Shown piece by piece: positions 1-15,976 of a DNA stretch of 64,000 bases (position 1 is its first letter; each line of letters begins with the position of its first letter). The stretch covers positions 32,150 through 96,149 of the forward strand of contig CAVUPU010000001.1 of NCBI GenBank assembly GCA_963743425.1. The letters run 5' to 3'. This stretch comes from an uncultured Acidobacteriota bacterium (lineage in GTDB: Bacteria > Acidobacteriota > Blastocatellia > RBC074). Below the pieces are notes generated by a model. It ran no database searches. It was given only the letters and a program-made list of their open reading frames with translations, and was not told where the DNA came from. The translations under genes and the position numbers were made by a program.

Positions 1-148
1 ATGAGCGTTCCGACGGCGATGGTCGGCACGCTGCGCGGCGACCGGTCGCCGGGGATTTACGGCGAACTGGGCGTGGCGCCGCGAATGATCCCGGTCGAGA
101 TCAATCTGAAGACCAGCCGGGGCGAGGATCGCAAATATCAAGTTCGAT

Positions 149-928
149 GTGGTCGCCGACCGTTTTCTGACCCCGCTTCTGATGCAGATGACCATGCTAT
201 CGACCATCGCCTCGACCGAACGCACCATCGGCGATTCGACTCTGCAGATTCGCGGACGGATCAAGATCAAAGGGCTGCCGGATGTGGAGCTTGAGAACCG
301 CCTGTCGTCCTCCTTCAATGCCCCGCTGGCCGCGGCGTTCGCCACGTCGCAACCGATCAGCGCCATTTTCAACAGCGGCTTCAAAGACCTGCAGTTCGAG
401 AAGCTGGTTTACGACATAACATCGCGCGACTCGCGCAGCACGGGCCAGCTCGACCATCTGTGGATCAACAGCACGGACGTCAGGCCCGGCGAGAAGATAG
501 AGATTCAGGCCTTCGCCCGAACCGAGGGCGGCGGCGAATATGTCGAGCGCATCCCGTTGGAGATCCCGAAGGACGCGCCCATCGGACAGTTGCAGATCAT
601 CGTCGGCGACGGCGGCTCGATTCAGGCCCTGGAGCCTCGCGCCGGGTTGACGCCGAAATCGCTCGATCAACTGGTGCGCGAGATGAATAAGATTCGCAAA
701 TCGGACCGGCTCTACGTCCGGCTGGCCCGCGCCGAGAGCGGCGCCGTCATCAAGAATGAAGAGATGCCGAGCCTCCCGCCGTCAGTCCTGGCGACGCTCG
801 GTTCCGACCGCACCATCGGCGGTTACTCGCTGACGCGTTCGGCCACGATCTTTGAAAAAGAGATCGCGCCGGCGGAGTTCGTGATCTCCGGACAAAAAAC
901 ACTGACGGTCAATGTAGTCAATCCATAA
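149..928 (+). CDS. hypothetical protein, C-terminal part. Probably continuous with the frame-1 ORF 1..~145 that enters from upstream, via a frameshift near 140-150.
   Basis: 259-aa ORF with coding-like composition and no recognisable motifs. The frame-1 ORF at 1..294 overlaps it, which suggests a frameshifted or artifactually split gene. Confidence 0.4.
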   Translation: MVADRFLTPLLMQMTMLSTIASTERTIGDSTLQIRGRIKIKGLPDVELENRLSSSFNAPLAAAFATSQPISAIFNSGFKDLQFEKLVYDITSRDSRSTGQLDHLWINSTDVRPGEKIEIQAFARTEGGGEYVERIPLEIPKDAPIGQLQIIVGDGGSIQALEPRAGLTPKSLDQLVREMNKIRKSDRLYVRLARAESGAVIKNEEMPSLPPSVLATLGSDRTIGGYSLTRSATIFEKEIAPAEFVISGQKTLTVNVVNP

Positions 929-942
929 GGCGCCGACGCATA

Positions 943-1089
943 ATGGAAACGATTTGGGATGCGCTGACGCCGGCTCAGGTTTTCGATGCGCTGGCTTATT
1001 ATCACGATCATCGTGAGGATATAGATCGGCTGCGCTGGGAAAATAGTTACGAATATTGGAAAGAACATCAAGCTGATGCCGCAGCCTGA
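943..1089 (+). CDS. small ORF (48 aa) with a DUF433-like C-terminal motif (LTPAQVFDALAYYHDHREDIDR)
   Basis: Read by eye. The ...ALAYYxxHxEEID... motif matches my recollection of DUF433 C-termini. The N-terminal half of the domain is missing. It is below the 60-aa cutoff of the ORF track. Confidence 0.25.
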   Translation: METIWDALTPAQVFDALAYYHDHREDIDRLRWENSYEYWKEHQADAAA

Positions 1090-1204
1090 TATTACAAAAC
1101 TTCATCCGACGGCTGTTGAAACTTCTGCAAACGATTCCTGCTCACCAACTCAAGAATCAAGTTCGCTGGCTCAACGACTTCAATTAACGGTAAGTTTAAA
1201 AATC

Positions 1205-3414
1205 ATGCGTAAAACTTTCCTCTTAGTAATCTCACTCTGCATTATTTCATTCTGGATCGTTTCGGCTTCTGCAGGCGGCCCGGTCTTCTGGCGCGTCAAC
1301 ACCCGCGCCGAGATCGAAAGAGGCGACGCCCGCGGCGTTTCGATCGCCGACAATGGCTCGCTCACGCTGGCGCCCGCGCTGATCGAAGTCTTCGACACCA
1401 AACAGGCTTACATCTGGTCGGTCGCCGCCGACAAGGCTGGCAATATCTATCTGGGCACCGGGCACGAAGGGCGCGTCTTCAAGGTCGATCCGTCGGGCAA
1501 GGGGACGCTGCTCTATAAAACTTCCGAGCTTGACGTGATGTCGCTGGCTGTTGACGCGCAGGGCAATGTTTACGCGGGCACGTCGCCGGACGGCAAGATA
1601 TACCGCATCGCGCCCAGCGGCGAAGCGAAGGTCTTCTTCGAGCCGAACACGAAATACATCTGGTCGCTGGCCTTCGACGGTCAGGGACGATTGCTTGTGG
1701 GGACGGGTGACAAGGGCGTGATCTACCGTGTCAACGCCGACGGGACCGGCGCGCCGTTCGTGCGCCACTTCGCAAACCAATATCACCGCGCTGCGGGTCG
1801 CTCCATCAGGCGCCATCATCGCCGGGACCGATCCCGGCGGGCTGGTGATGCGGATTTCGCCCGAAGGCAAGGTCTTCACGCTCTTCGATTCGTCACAACG
1901 CGAGATACGCGACCTGGCGCTGGGGCGCAACGATGAAATATACGCGCTGGCCCTGGCCGAATCGGCCGGGAGTGGCGCGATGAACACCGCTCCGGCAGCC
2001 GCTCCAGTCGCGCCCACGACGCTCCCGCCGAACTCCGGCGAGGATGGCAGCGTGACCATCACGATCAGCGACATACAGGTGATTGACGCTTCGAGCTCGA
2101 CGCCTTCGGCCTCTTCATCCATCGGCAGCCAATCGAAGAGCGCCGTCTACCGGCTCGACGCCAACGGATTGAGCGATTTGATCTGGGATTCCAGAGAGGC
2201 CGTGGCGTTCGCGCTCAGCCGCCGACGGCGACGGACGGGTGCTGGTCGGCACTGGGCAGAAAGGTCGAATCTACCAGGCGGCGGCGGGCGAGAAGCCGAC
2301 GCTGATAGCCCAAACTTCCGAGGCGCAGACTTCGCGGCTCATTCGCGCGGGCGCCGGAGGGGATCAGCTCTTCGCCGCGGCGTCGAATCTGGGCAAGCTA
2401 TTCAGACTGTCGAACGAAACAGCGGCGAGCGGGACTTACACTTCATCCGTGCGCGACGCTCAGACCTCCGCGACCTGGGGGCGAGTGTCGTGGGTGGGTG
2501 AAGGCTCGATCGAATTGCAGACTCGCAGCGGCAATATCAGCAATCCGGATTCGACCTGGAGCGACTGGTCGGCGCCGATCACGGTCACGGACGGCGACTC
2601 GATCAAAAGCCCTCCGGCGCGCTTCATTCAATGGCGCGCCACGTTGAAGAAGACTCCCAACTCCCCTTCGCCGCGTCTGCGCGAAGTCACAGTCTCATAC
2701 CTGCCGCGAAATCTCGCGCCGAAGATCAACTCGATCAACGCCCTGCCGGCGGGAGTGTCGCTGCAGGCCCTGCCGCAACAGCAACCCGACGGCGGCGCCG
2801 ATCAGGCCGGACTCGACCCTTCGATTCTCGGCGCAATGGCGCAGATTCCGCCCCGCCGGGTCTTTCAGCGCGGAGCGATCTCGCTGCAATGGCAGGCCGA
2901 GGACAGGAACGGCGATACGATCGAATATTCGGTCTACTATCGCGACGCTTCGAACATCGGCGGCGAATTCTATCCGCTCAAGACCGGCTTGCGCGATAAC
3001 TATTACACCATTGACCCCAATGCGCTGCCCGACGGACGATATGTATTCAAAATCGTCGCGTCGGATGAGGCGTCGAACCCAGCCGCACAATCGCTCAAGG
3101 ACGAACAGGAGACCGAGCCGATCGAGGTGGACAACCTGCCGCCCGCCGTTGCCGCCGACGCCCCGCGCGCCAACGGCTCGAACGTCGAGATCGTGTTCCG
3201 GGCCGCCGACGCGACCTCGATCATCCGCAGGGCGGAATACCAGATCGACGGCGGCCCGTGGAAGACGGTCTTTCCGGTTGACGGCATCGCCGATTCGAAG
3301 CGCGAGGAATTCCGCGTGGCGCTGGTATTGGCCGATAAGAAACCGCACGTCGTCGCCTTGCGCGCGTTCGACGCGAACGCGAATGTCGGGAGCGCGCAGG
3401 CGACTGTAAAATGA
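1205..3414 (+). CDS. secreted beta-propeller repeat protein (Reg_prop-like blades N-terminally, Y_Y_Y/Ig-like C-terminus), split into three ORFs by two apparent +1 frameshifts near 1750 and 2235
   Basis: ATG at 1205 followed by a signal peptide (MRKTFLLVISLCIISFWIVSASA). Repeated blades of the form GNIYLGT...GRVFKVDPSG / GNVYAGTSPDGKIYRI / GRLLVGTGDKGVIYRV continue across ORFs 1076-1936, 1728-2501 and 2239-3414 in frames 2, 0 and 1. The C-terminus has DGRYVFKIVASDEASNPA. Confidence 0.6.
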
Positions 3415-3500
3415 CTCTCGACTGAAACAGCGCCGCTAAACCGCGTTTAAGATGGAGGTTGGACGCCGGTTGTTGTTTTGCCATGCGGGTGTCTTTTTAA

Positions 3501-3692
3501 TTTACCGCCTTAGCACTAGATGTAACGCATGCTTTAGAGACCGGAGAGATTCTGCGCGCGCCGGAATGGGACGGCGAAAATGGCAGATGGAAGTACCGGG
3601 TCGAGGGAAAAGACCTGGAAGGCGACGGGTTGACGGCGATTACAGTGATTATCGAAGCAACCTCGACGCTGCTCATAGTCACTGTTTTCTAA
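3501..3692 (+). pseudogene. DUF4258-like toxin ORF with no ATG/GTG/TTG start; putative toxin partner of the downstream MqsA-like antitoxin
   Basis: Hand translation of frame 0: FTALALDVTHALETGEILRAPEWDGENGRWKYRVEGKDLEGDGLTAITVIIEATSTLLIVTVF*. The HAlE...GR..VVv....e...iVTVy pattern is DUF4258-like. It is bounded upstream by TAA at 3498-3500 and its stop at 3690-3692 lies 13 nt before the antitoxin ATG. A T5 run at 3494-3498 sits at the frame break. Confidence 0.35.
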
Positions 3693-3705
3693 AAGGAGGC
3701 TGAAC

Positions 3706-4236
3706 ATGAAGTGCGGGCGATGCGGGGGCAAGACGATAATCAAAAGAGGTGACTATAAGTACGTCGAAAGCGGTCTTGATAATGTGTACCTCAAGAATAT
3801 CGAGTTGCGCGTTTGCGAGTCCTGCAACGCTGTGACGCCCCGCATCAGTCGGATAAACGAATTGCATGCCATTATTGGACGCGCCATCGCTTTGAAGACT
3901 GAGCCCTTGTCCGGGGCTGAAGCCAGGTATTTGCGCAAGCATCTCGGCCTTAGGGGGAGAGAGTGGGCCTCGTTGTTGCACGTAGACGTGGCGACACTTT
4001 CGCGCTGGGAGGGAGAGCAACAGGAAATCGGCTCGCAATCAGATCTCTTGATGCGGGCATTCTATTTCATCGTGCTTGCCGAGCGACAAGGGAAGCCGTT
4101 GCCGGAGCGCATTATGGAGAGAATTGCAGCCATCGCTCAGCGCGAAGAAGACGAACTAGCGGTGATCATCAATCCGGAGAATCCGCCATCATACCTGTAT
4201 CGCCCGCAATCCGAGATGGTGGCCGCTTCCTGTTAG
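3706..4236 (+). CDS. type II antitoxin, MqsA/YgiT family (N-terminal CxxC...CxxC zinc ribbon plus XRE HTH)
   Basis: MKCGRCGGKT...CESCNAV zinc-ribbon, then GAEARYLRKHLGLRGREWASLLHVDVATLSRWE HTH. RBS AAGGAGG at 3693-3699. Confidence 0.75.
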   Translation: MKCGRCGGKTIIKRGDYKYVESGLDNVYLKNIELRVCESCNAVTPRISRINELHAIIGRAIALKTEPLSGAEARYLRKHLGLRGREWASLLHVDVATLSRWEGEQQEIGSQSDLLMRAFYFIVLAERQGKPLPERIMERIAAIAQREEDELAVIINPENPPSYLYRPQSEMVAASC

Positions 4237-4564
4237 CCTTATCAGCTTGTGTGTATCGAAAGCCTGCCAGTATCGCTTGGCGGGCTTTTTCATATTCTAC
4301 GCCGCGCTCGACCTGCTGTGGGATTGGGACGAAAAAGTAGTGACACTACGCCTAATTGGCTAATACCGTCTGAAGCGTACAGAACGTGCGCTAATCCCAT
4401 TCCCATTATCAAGTTAATGATCTATTTTCCTAATCTGTTAATGTAGATTGCTCTGGCCTTGGATAGTTCTTCTCGTGGCCAATGGTGAATTCATTTCCTG
4501 ACCTACTAACTCCAAACTATTTAAAGATCAAAACGGCAAACTTGAAATTTTTTCGACAAGATTC

Positions 4565-4593
4565 TTGACAATAGAAGACTCAGGTTTTATATT
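4565..4593 (+). promoter_or_regulatory. sigma70-like promoter of hsp20 (TTGACA-17 nt-TATATT)
   Basis: -35 TTGACA at 4565-4570, -10 TATATT at 4588-4593 with a 17-nt spacer, about 110 nt upstream of the hsp20 ATG. Confidence 0.5.
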
Positions 4594-4596
4594 GCG

Positions 4597-4621
4597 TCTG
4601 TCCTCAAGGCTTGAGGACAGA
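4597..4621. promoter_or_regulatory. perfect palindrome TCTGTCCTCAAGG/CTTGAGGACAGA just downstream of the -10; candidate repressor operator of hsp20
   Basis: 25-bp perfect inverted repeat overlapping the predicted transcription start. It contains CTTGAGG/CCTCAAG half-sites. It resembles HspR HAIR half-sites (CTTGAGT) only loosely, with a different arrangement. It is not CIRCE. Confidence 0.45.
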
Positions 4622-4701
4622 TACAATGGAATCAGGCAAAGAGTAAGGAAAGTGAGAACGATCAACCATAACCAACGTGACTAACAAGGAGGAATTAGTG
4701 T

Positions 4702-5187
4702 ATGTCATGGATGATCAAACGTGATCCGTTTAGCGAATTGCGAAACATTCAGGAGGATTTCAATCGAATCTTCAGTTCGACATTGCCACGGTTTTTCAGT
4801 GGCGAGGAAGGTTTGTTAGGCGGGAATTGGGCGCCGAACGTGGACATTTACGAGGACCAGAACTCGATCACGCTCGAAGCCGACCTGCCGGGGCTGAAGC
4901 CGGGCGATTTCAATCTTTCCATTGAAAACTACAGGCTCACTCTGAGTGGCGAGCGCAAGTACGATAAGGAGAAGAAAGGCGACAACTGGCGCCGGGTCGA
5001 GCGCAGCTACGGCAGCTTCACCCGCGCGTTCAGCCTGCCTTCGACGGTCAACGTCGACGCGGTTAACGCCGAGTTCAAAGACGGCGTGCTGCGCGTGACG
5101 CTGCCGAAGAAGGAGGAGGTCAAGGCCCGCCAGATTCAGGTGACAAGCGCCGACGCGAAGGGCGCGAAGGCGGCCGAAGCCAAATAA
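4702..5187 (+). CDS. Hsp20/alpha-crystallin family small heat-shock protein
   Basis: ACD-like sequence ([25 protein letters not shown]...GVLRVTLPK). RBS AAGGAGG 9 nt upstream of the ATG. Confidence 0.9.
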   Translation: MSWMIKRDPFSELRNIQEDFNRIFSSTLPRFFSGEEGLLGGNWAPNVDIYEDQNSITLEADLPGLKPGDFNLSIENYRLTLSGERKYDKEKKGDNWRRVERSYGSFTRAFSLPSTVNVDAVNAEFKDGVLRVTLPKKEEVKARQIQVTSADAKGAKAAEAK

Positions 5188-5200
5188 TCAGCGTCCATAA

Positions 5201-5317
5201 CCGCCAAGACGCCAAGGACGCCAAGGACGCCAAGAAAAAGCGAGATGAAAGGGTGAAGGGCCAATTCCTTTATCTTTTATCTTTTATCTTTTCTTGGCGA
5301 TCTTGGCGTCTTGGCGG
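5201..5317. repeat. inverted tandem-repeat array: (CGCCAAGR)x4 ... (CTTTTAT)x3 ... (CTTGGCG)x3, between hsp20 and clpB
   Basis: Direct reading. Left arm CGCCAAGA CGCCAAGGA CGCCAAGGA CGCCAAG. Right arm CTTGGCGAT CTTGGCGT CTTGGCGG, the reverse complement of the left. The listed clpB ORF (5253) starts artifactually inside it. Confidence 0.8.
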
Positions 5318-5333
5318 TTTACACGAGGAAGAG

Positions 5334-7928
<2,595 letters not shown>

Positions 7929-7931
<3 letters not shown>

Positions 7932-8075
7932 GGATTGCGGATTGCGGATTGCGGATTTATTGATTCCGAGAATCCTGTTTTCACTGCGTCGCCTCTTGCG
8001 CGAGATAGACCAATGACTATCAATCCGCAATCCGCAATCCGCAATCCGCAATCCGCAATCCGCAATCCGCAATCC
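7929..8075. repeat. inverted heptamer arrays (GGATTGC)x3 ... (CAATCCG)x7, between clpB and grpE
   Basis: Direct reading. The left arm is at 7932-7957 and the right arm at about 8021-8075, separated by roughly 60 nt. The arms differ in copy number. Confidence 0.8.
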
Positions 8076-8119
8076 GCAATCCCACTCCCGTTCATTGCAA
8101 CATCCTTATTGCGATGATA

Positions 8120-8135
8120 GATTGACCTGACCATC
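8120..8135. promoter_or_regulatory. short perfect palindrome TGACCATCCGTGGTCA upstream of grpE
   Basis: 6-4-6 inverted repeat that overlaps the GTG start of the listed 8137 ORF. It may be an operator, or it may be incidental. Confidence 0.25.
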
Positions 8136-8181
8136 CGTGGTCATCAAGCTTGGCGATAATGAAAGGTTTTTACGTAGTGTT

Positions 8182-8913
8182 ATGAATTCCAATTTGGGTA
8201 ATCAGGAGCAGGGTCACAGCGCGGCCGAAGCGCATGAAGCCGAGACTCAGCCCACGGAGAGAACGACGGATCAGGGAGTCGAACCGGAATTGATAATGAC
8301 TGATAAACGCCGTGTCACGCCTGATGGGGAGGCCATCGAGCGCGAGCAGGATTTTCAGAAGGACTTGACGACCGAGCAGGTCGAAGCCCCATCCGAGGTC
8401 GAACAACTTCGAGCAAGATTGAAAGAGGTCGACGAGAAGCGCATCGAGGCCGAACGTCAGGTGCGCGATTTCGCGGATCGCTTCCGCCACGCGCAGGCGC
8501 AATTGAGGGCCGAGACCGACGAGCAGCGCGCTCGTCTGCAACGGACTTTCGACCAGAAGCTGGAAGCTGCGCGCGGTGATATTGTGGCAGGGCTGCTCGA
8601 TACTCTGGACAATCTCAAGCGCGCGGTCGCGGCGGCTGAAAAGAGCGACAATAAGAATTCCGACTTCATTGCGCTGTTGGATGGCGTGCGCGCCACGGCC
8701 AATATGTTCGAAGCCAAGATGCAGAGCCTGGGGTTGAGCGCGGTGCCCTCCACGGGAGAAGATTTCGACCCCGAAGTTCACGAAGCGGTGGAAATAGTCC
8801 CGGTTGCGAAAGACGAAGACAACCGGGTGATCGAAGAGTTCCAAACAGGATACAGGTTCGGCTCCCGCCTGCTGCGTCCGGCGCGCGTGCGCGTGGGCCG
8901 GGCGAATGAATAG
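8182..8913 (+). CDS. grpE: GrpE nucleotide exchange factor (start uncertain; candidates GTG 8137, ATG 8182, ATG 8296)
   Basis: Coiled-coil region followed by a GrpE C-terminal domain (...VEIVPVAKDEDNRVIEEFQTGYRFGSRLLRPARVRV). No dnaK or dnaJ nearby. Confidence 0.8.
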   Translation: MNSNLGNQEQGHSAAEAHEAETQPTERTTDQGVEPELIMTDKRRVTPDGEAIEREQDFQKDLTTEQVEAPSEVEQLRARLKEVDEKRIEAERQVRDFADRFRHAQAQLRAETDEQRARLQRTFDQKLEAARGDIVAGLLDTLDNLKRAVAAAEKSDNKNSDFIALLDGVRATANMFEAKMQSLGLSAVPSTGEDFDPEVHEAVEIVPVAKDEDNRVIEEFQTGYRFGSRLLRPARVRVGRANE

Positions 8914-8933
8914 CAAAGTGGATGAATGATAGA

Positions 8934-8989
8934 TGAATGGGACTTATAGGACTTATAGGACCTCCTATAAGTCCTATAAGTCCCATTCA
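8934..8989. repeat. 56-bp perfect palindrome (TGAATGGGACTTATAGGACTTATAGGAC|CTCCTATAAGTCCTATAAGTCCCATTCA) upstream of groEL
   Basis: Direct reading. Each arm carries a tandem 10-mer GACTTATAGG x2. It is preceded by GATGAATG x2. It is not a CIRCE element. Confidence 0.85.
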
Positions 8990-8992
8990 TGA

Positions 8993-10624
<1,632 letters not shown>

Positions 10625-10820
10625 GGCGCCTTGACATGACGATGACGCTCCGATAGCTTAGACACTCTGAGATCAATTCTCTCGAAGTTTTCCGGCGCCG
10701 CGGAGAAAAATGGGCGCCGGAACTGGGGCGTGGAAGTCAGCCTGATCAATTTAAGATAAGAGCAGACGTCGGCCCATCAAGCCGTGATTTGAAGAAGTAT
10801 CTAAATTGGAGTGAAAGACC

Positions 10821-13082
<2,262 letters not shown>

Positions 13083-13252
13083 TTTTGGAAATAAACGTAT
13101 TGGTTTTGCAAGAGGGTTCCGACTGATGATTGTTGGAACCCTTTCCGTTTTCATGAACCTTATGGCGGTTAGCAAATGCGTTTAAGGGACGGCAAGCGGT
13201 ACAGTACCGAAGGTCGCGCCACTTTCTATCGGTCCCGGGTTTTAGATCACCT

Positions 13253-14428
<1,176 letters not shown>

Positions 14429-14580
14429 GCTGCAGGCCATGCGATGAGGAGACAGTTTAATTTTTATATAAAGTTTACGCCGTGCCAGGTAACTTTCCGA
14501 CCATCATCAAACTGCCCATCATCTTTTGTGTGCGATCAACTCAATAATGAACAACAATGCGAGGAGCATTACTCACATAG

Positions 14581-15015
14581 CTAAGGTTTTTTCTGTTGAA
14601 CTTTCGGCTTTACTTCCTGCTTCGGCTCATCCTTCTTCTCCGTATCCTTCTTCTGATCATTTTCGCGCGAGGCCAACCGGTCAATATCTTTCTTCAATTC
14701 GAGCATCTGCTTTTGCATCGTCAGGAGCTGTTGGGCCAGCGAAAACTGTTGCTGCTGCAATTCGAGCAGCGCCTGCGTCGAGACGTTAGATGAACCGGTG
14801 TTGCTCAGCGCCTGGCTTTGAAACGCCCGTTCGACCGCATCGACACGGATCTGCAACTGATCCAACTTGCGCTCGATATTCATCAGGCGGAAGGTCTGGT
14901 CCTGGGCGTTGTTGCCAGTGGTCGTCGCCGACGCCAGACTTGCCACCAGCAGAACGATTGCCGCAAATATCGCGGCGCTTTTGAGCGGTTTGAATAAGAA
15001 TTGATTTGTTCGCAT
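14581..15015 (-). CDS. secreted coiled-coil protein, hypothetical
   Basis: Signal peptide, Q/L-rich coiled coil and a lysine-rich tail. No identifiable domain. Confidence 0.5.
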   Translation of the reverse strand: MRTNQFLFKPLKSAAIFAAIVLLVASLASATTTGNNAQDQTFRLMNIERKLDQLQIRVDAVERAFQSQALSNTGSSNVSTQALLELQQQQFSLAQQLLTMQKQMLELKKDIDRLASRENDQKKDTEKKDEPKQEVKPKVQQKKP

Positions 15016-15025
15016 TGTTTCCCCT

Positions 15026-15805
15026 TCAGAGCAATTGGAAATTCGAGATCAACTGCCCGCCTTCCAGCGGAATGACGCAGCCCGTCATCAAATCGGGGCC
15101 GGTGATGATGTTGATGATCGCCATCGCGACGTCTTCAGGCTCGCAGACCCCGCGCAAGATCACGCTCTCCTCGGTTCTCTTCTTCGCCTTATCGTAAACA
15201 TCTTCTCCCAATCCTTCCTTCAGCCAGCGCGTGGTGATGAATCCCGGCGCGACGGCGTTGACGCGCACCTTCGGCGCGAAGACGCGGGCGAGCGTGACGG
15301 TCATGTTGTTGAGCGCCGCTTTCGACGCGCAGTAGGGAATCGAGCTGCCGATCCCGGCCAGCCCGGAGACGCTCGAAACGTTGACGATCTCTCCGTCGCC
15401 CGAAGCCGTCAACGCGTCTTTAGCCGCGCGCGCGCATTGAAACGCGCCGATCACATTGACCGACAGTATGCGCATCCAGTCTTCGGTCCGCACGGCCTCC
15501 AAATCCGAATGCCGGATGAACGCGGTTGTCGCGGCGTTGTTGACCAGGACGTCCAATCGCCCGAACTCGCGCACGGCGGTCTCGATCATCTTCCGGCAGG
15601 CGGCGTCATCGGCGACATCGGCCTCGACGGCGATTCCTTTGACGCCGAGCGCGGCGATCTCCGCGGCCGTCTCTTCGGCTTCATTTTTCGACCGGCTGTA
15701 ATTGATCAGAACCGAACATCCGCGCCGCGCAAGCTCCAACGCGGTCGCGCGGCCAACGCCAGTTCCGCCTCCGGTGACCACGGCGGCTTTGCCTTCGATT
15801 TGCAT
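15026..15805 (-). CDS. SDR family oxidoreductase (3-oxoacyl-ACP reductase-like)
   Basis: TGGGTGVGRATALELARRG Rossmann motif, NAG and YxxxK. The start was moved to the internal ATG 15805 (MQIEGKAAVVTGG) with RBS AGAGGAAAG. The listed ORF runs on into the hairpin repeat. Confidence 0.85.
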   Translation of the reverse strand: MQIEGKAAVVTGGGTGVGRATALELARRGCSVLINYSRSKNEAEETAAEIAALGVKGIAVEADVADDAACRKMIETAVREFGRLDVLVNNAATTAFIRHSDLEAVRTEDWMRILSVNVIGAFQCARAAKDALTASGDGEIVNVSSVSGLAGIGSSIPYCASKAALNNMTVTLARVFAPKVRVNAVAPGFITTRWLKEGLGEDVYDKAKKRTEESVILRGVCEPEDVAMAIINIITGPDLMTGCVIPLEGGQLISNFQLL

Positions 15806-15832
15806 CAGGTCTTTCCTCTTTCGTGTTGCGAT

Positions 15833-15902
15833 GTACAGTACCGCGCGTAAGCAAGCGGTTACCTGCGGGTCAGCCGCTTGCTTACACACGCGGTACTGTA
15901 CC
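15833..15902. repeat. GTAC-terminated perfect hairpin element (GTACAGTACCGCGCGTAAGC...GCTTACACACGCGGTACTGTACC) flanked by ~20-bp direct repeats
   Basis: Direct reading. The flanks CTTTCGTGTTGCGATGTACAG and CTTTCGTGTTGGGATGTGACA match at 19 of 21 positions. It belongs to a hairpin family seen at five other loci in the window. Confidence 0.8.
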
Positions 15903-15976
15903 AAGCTTTCGTGTTGGGATGTGACAAACGAACGCAGCCATCTTCGCATCGCGACAGGCTTCTAGCAAGAAAAGAT

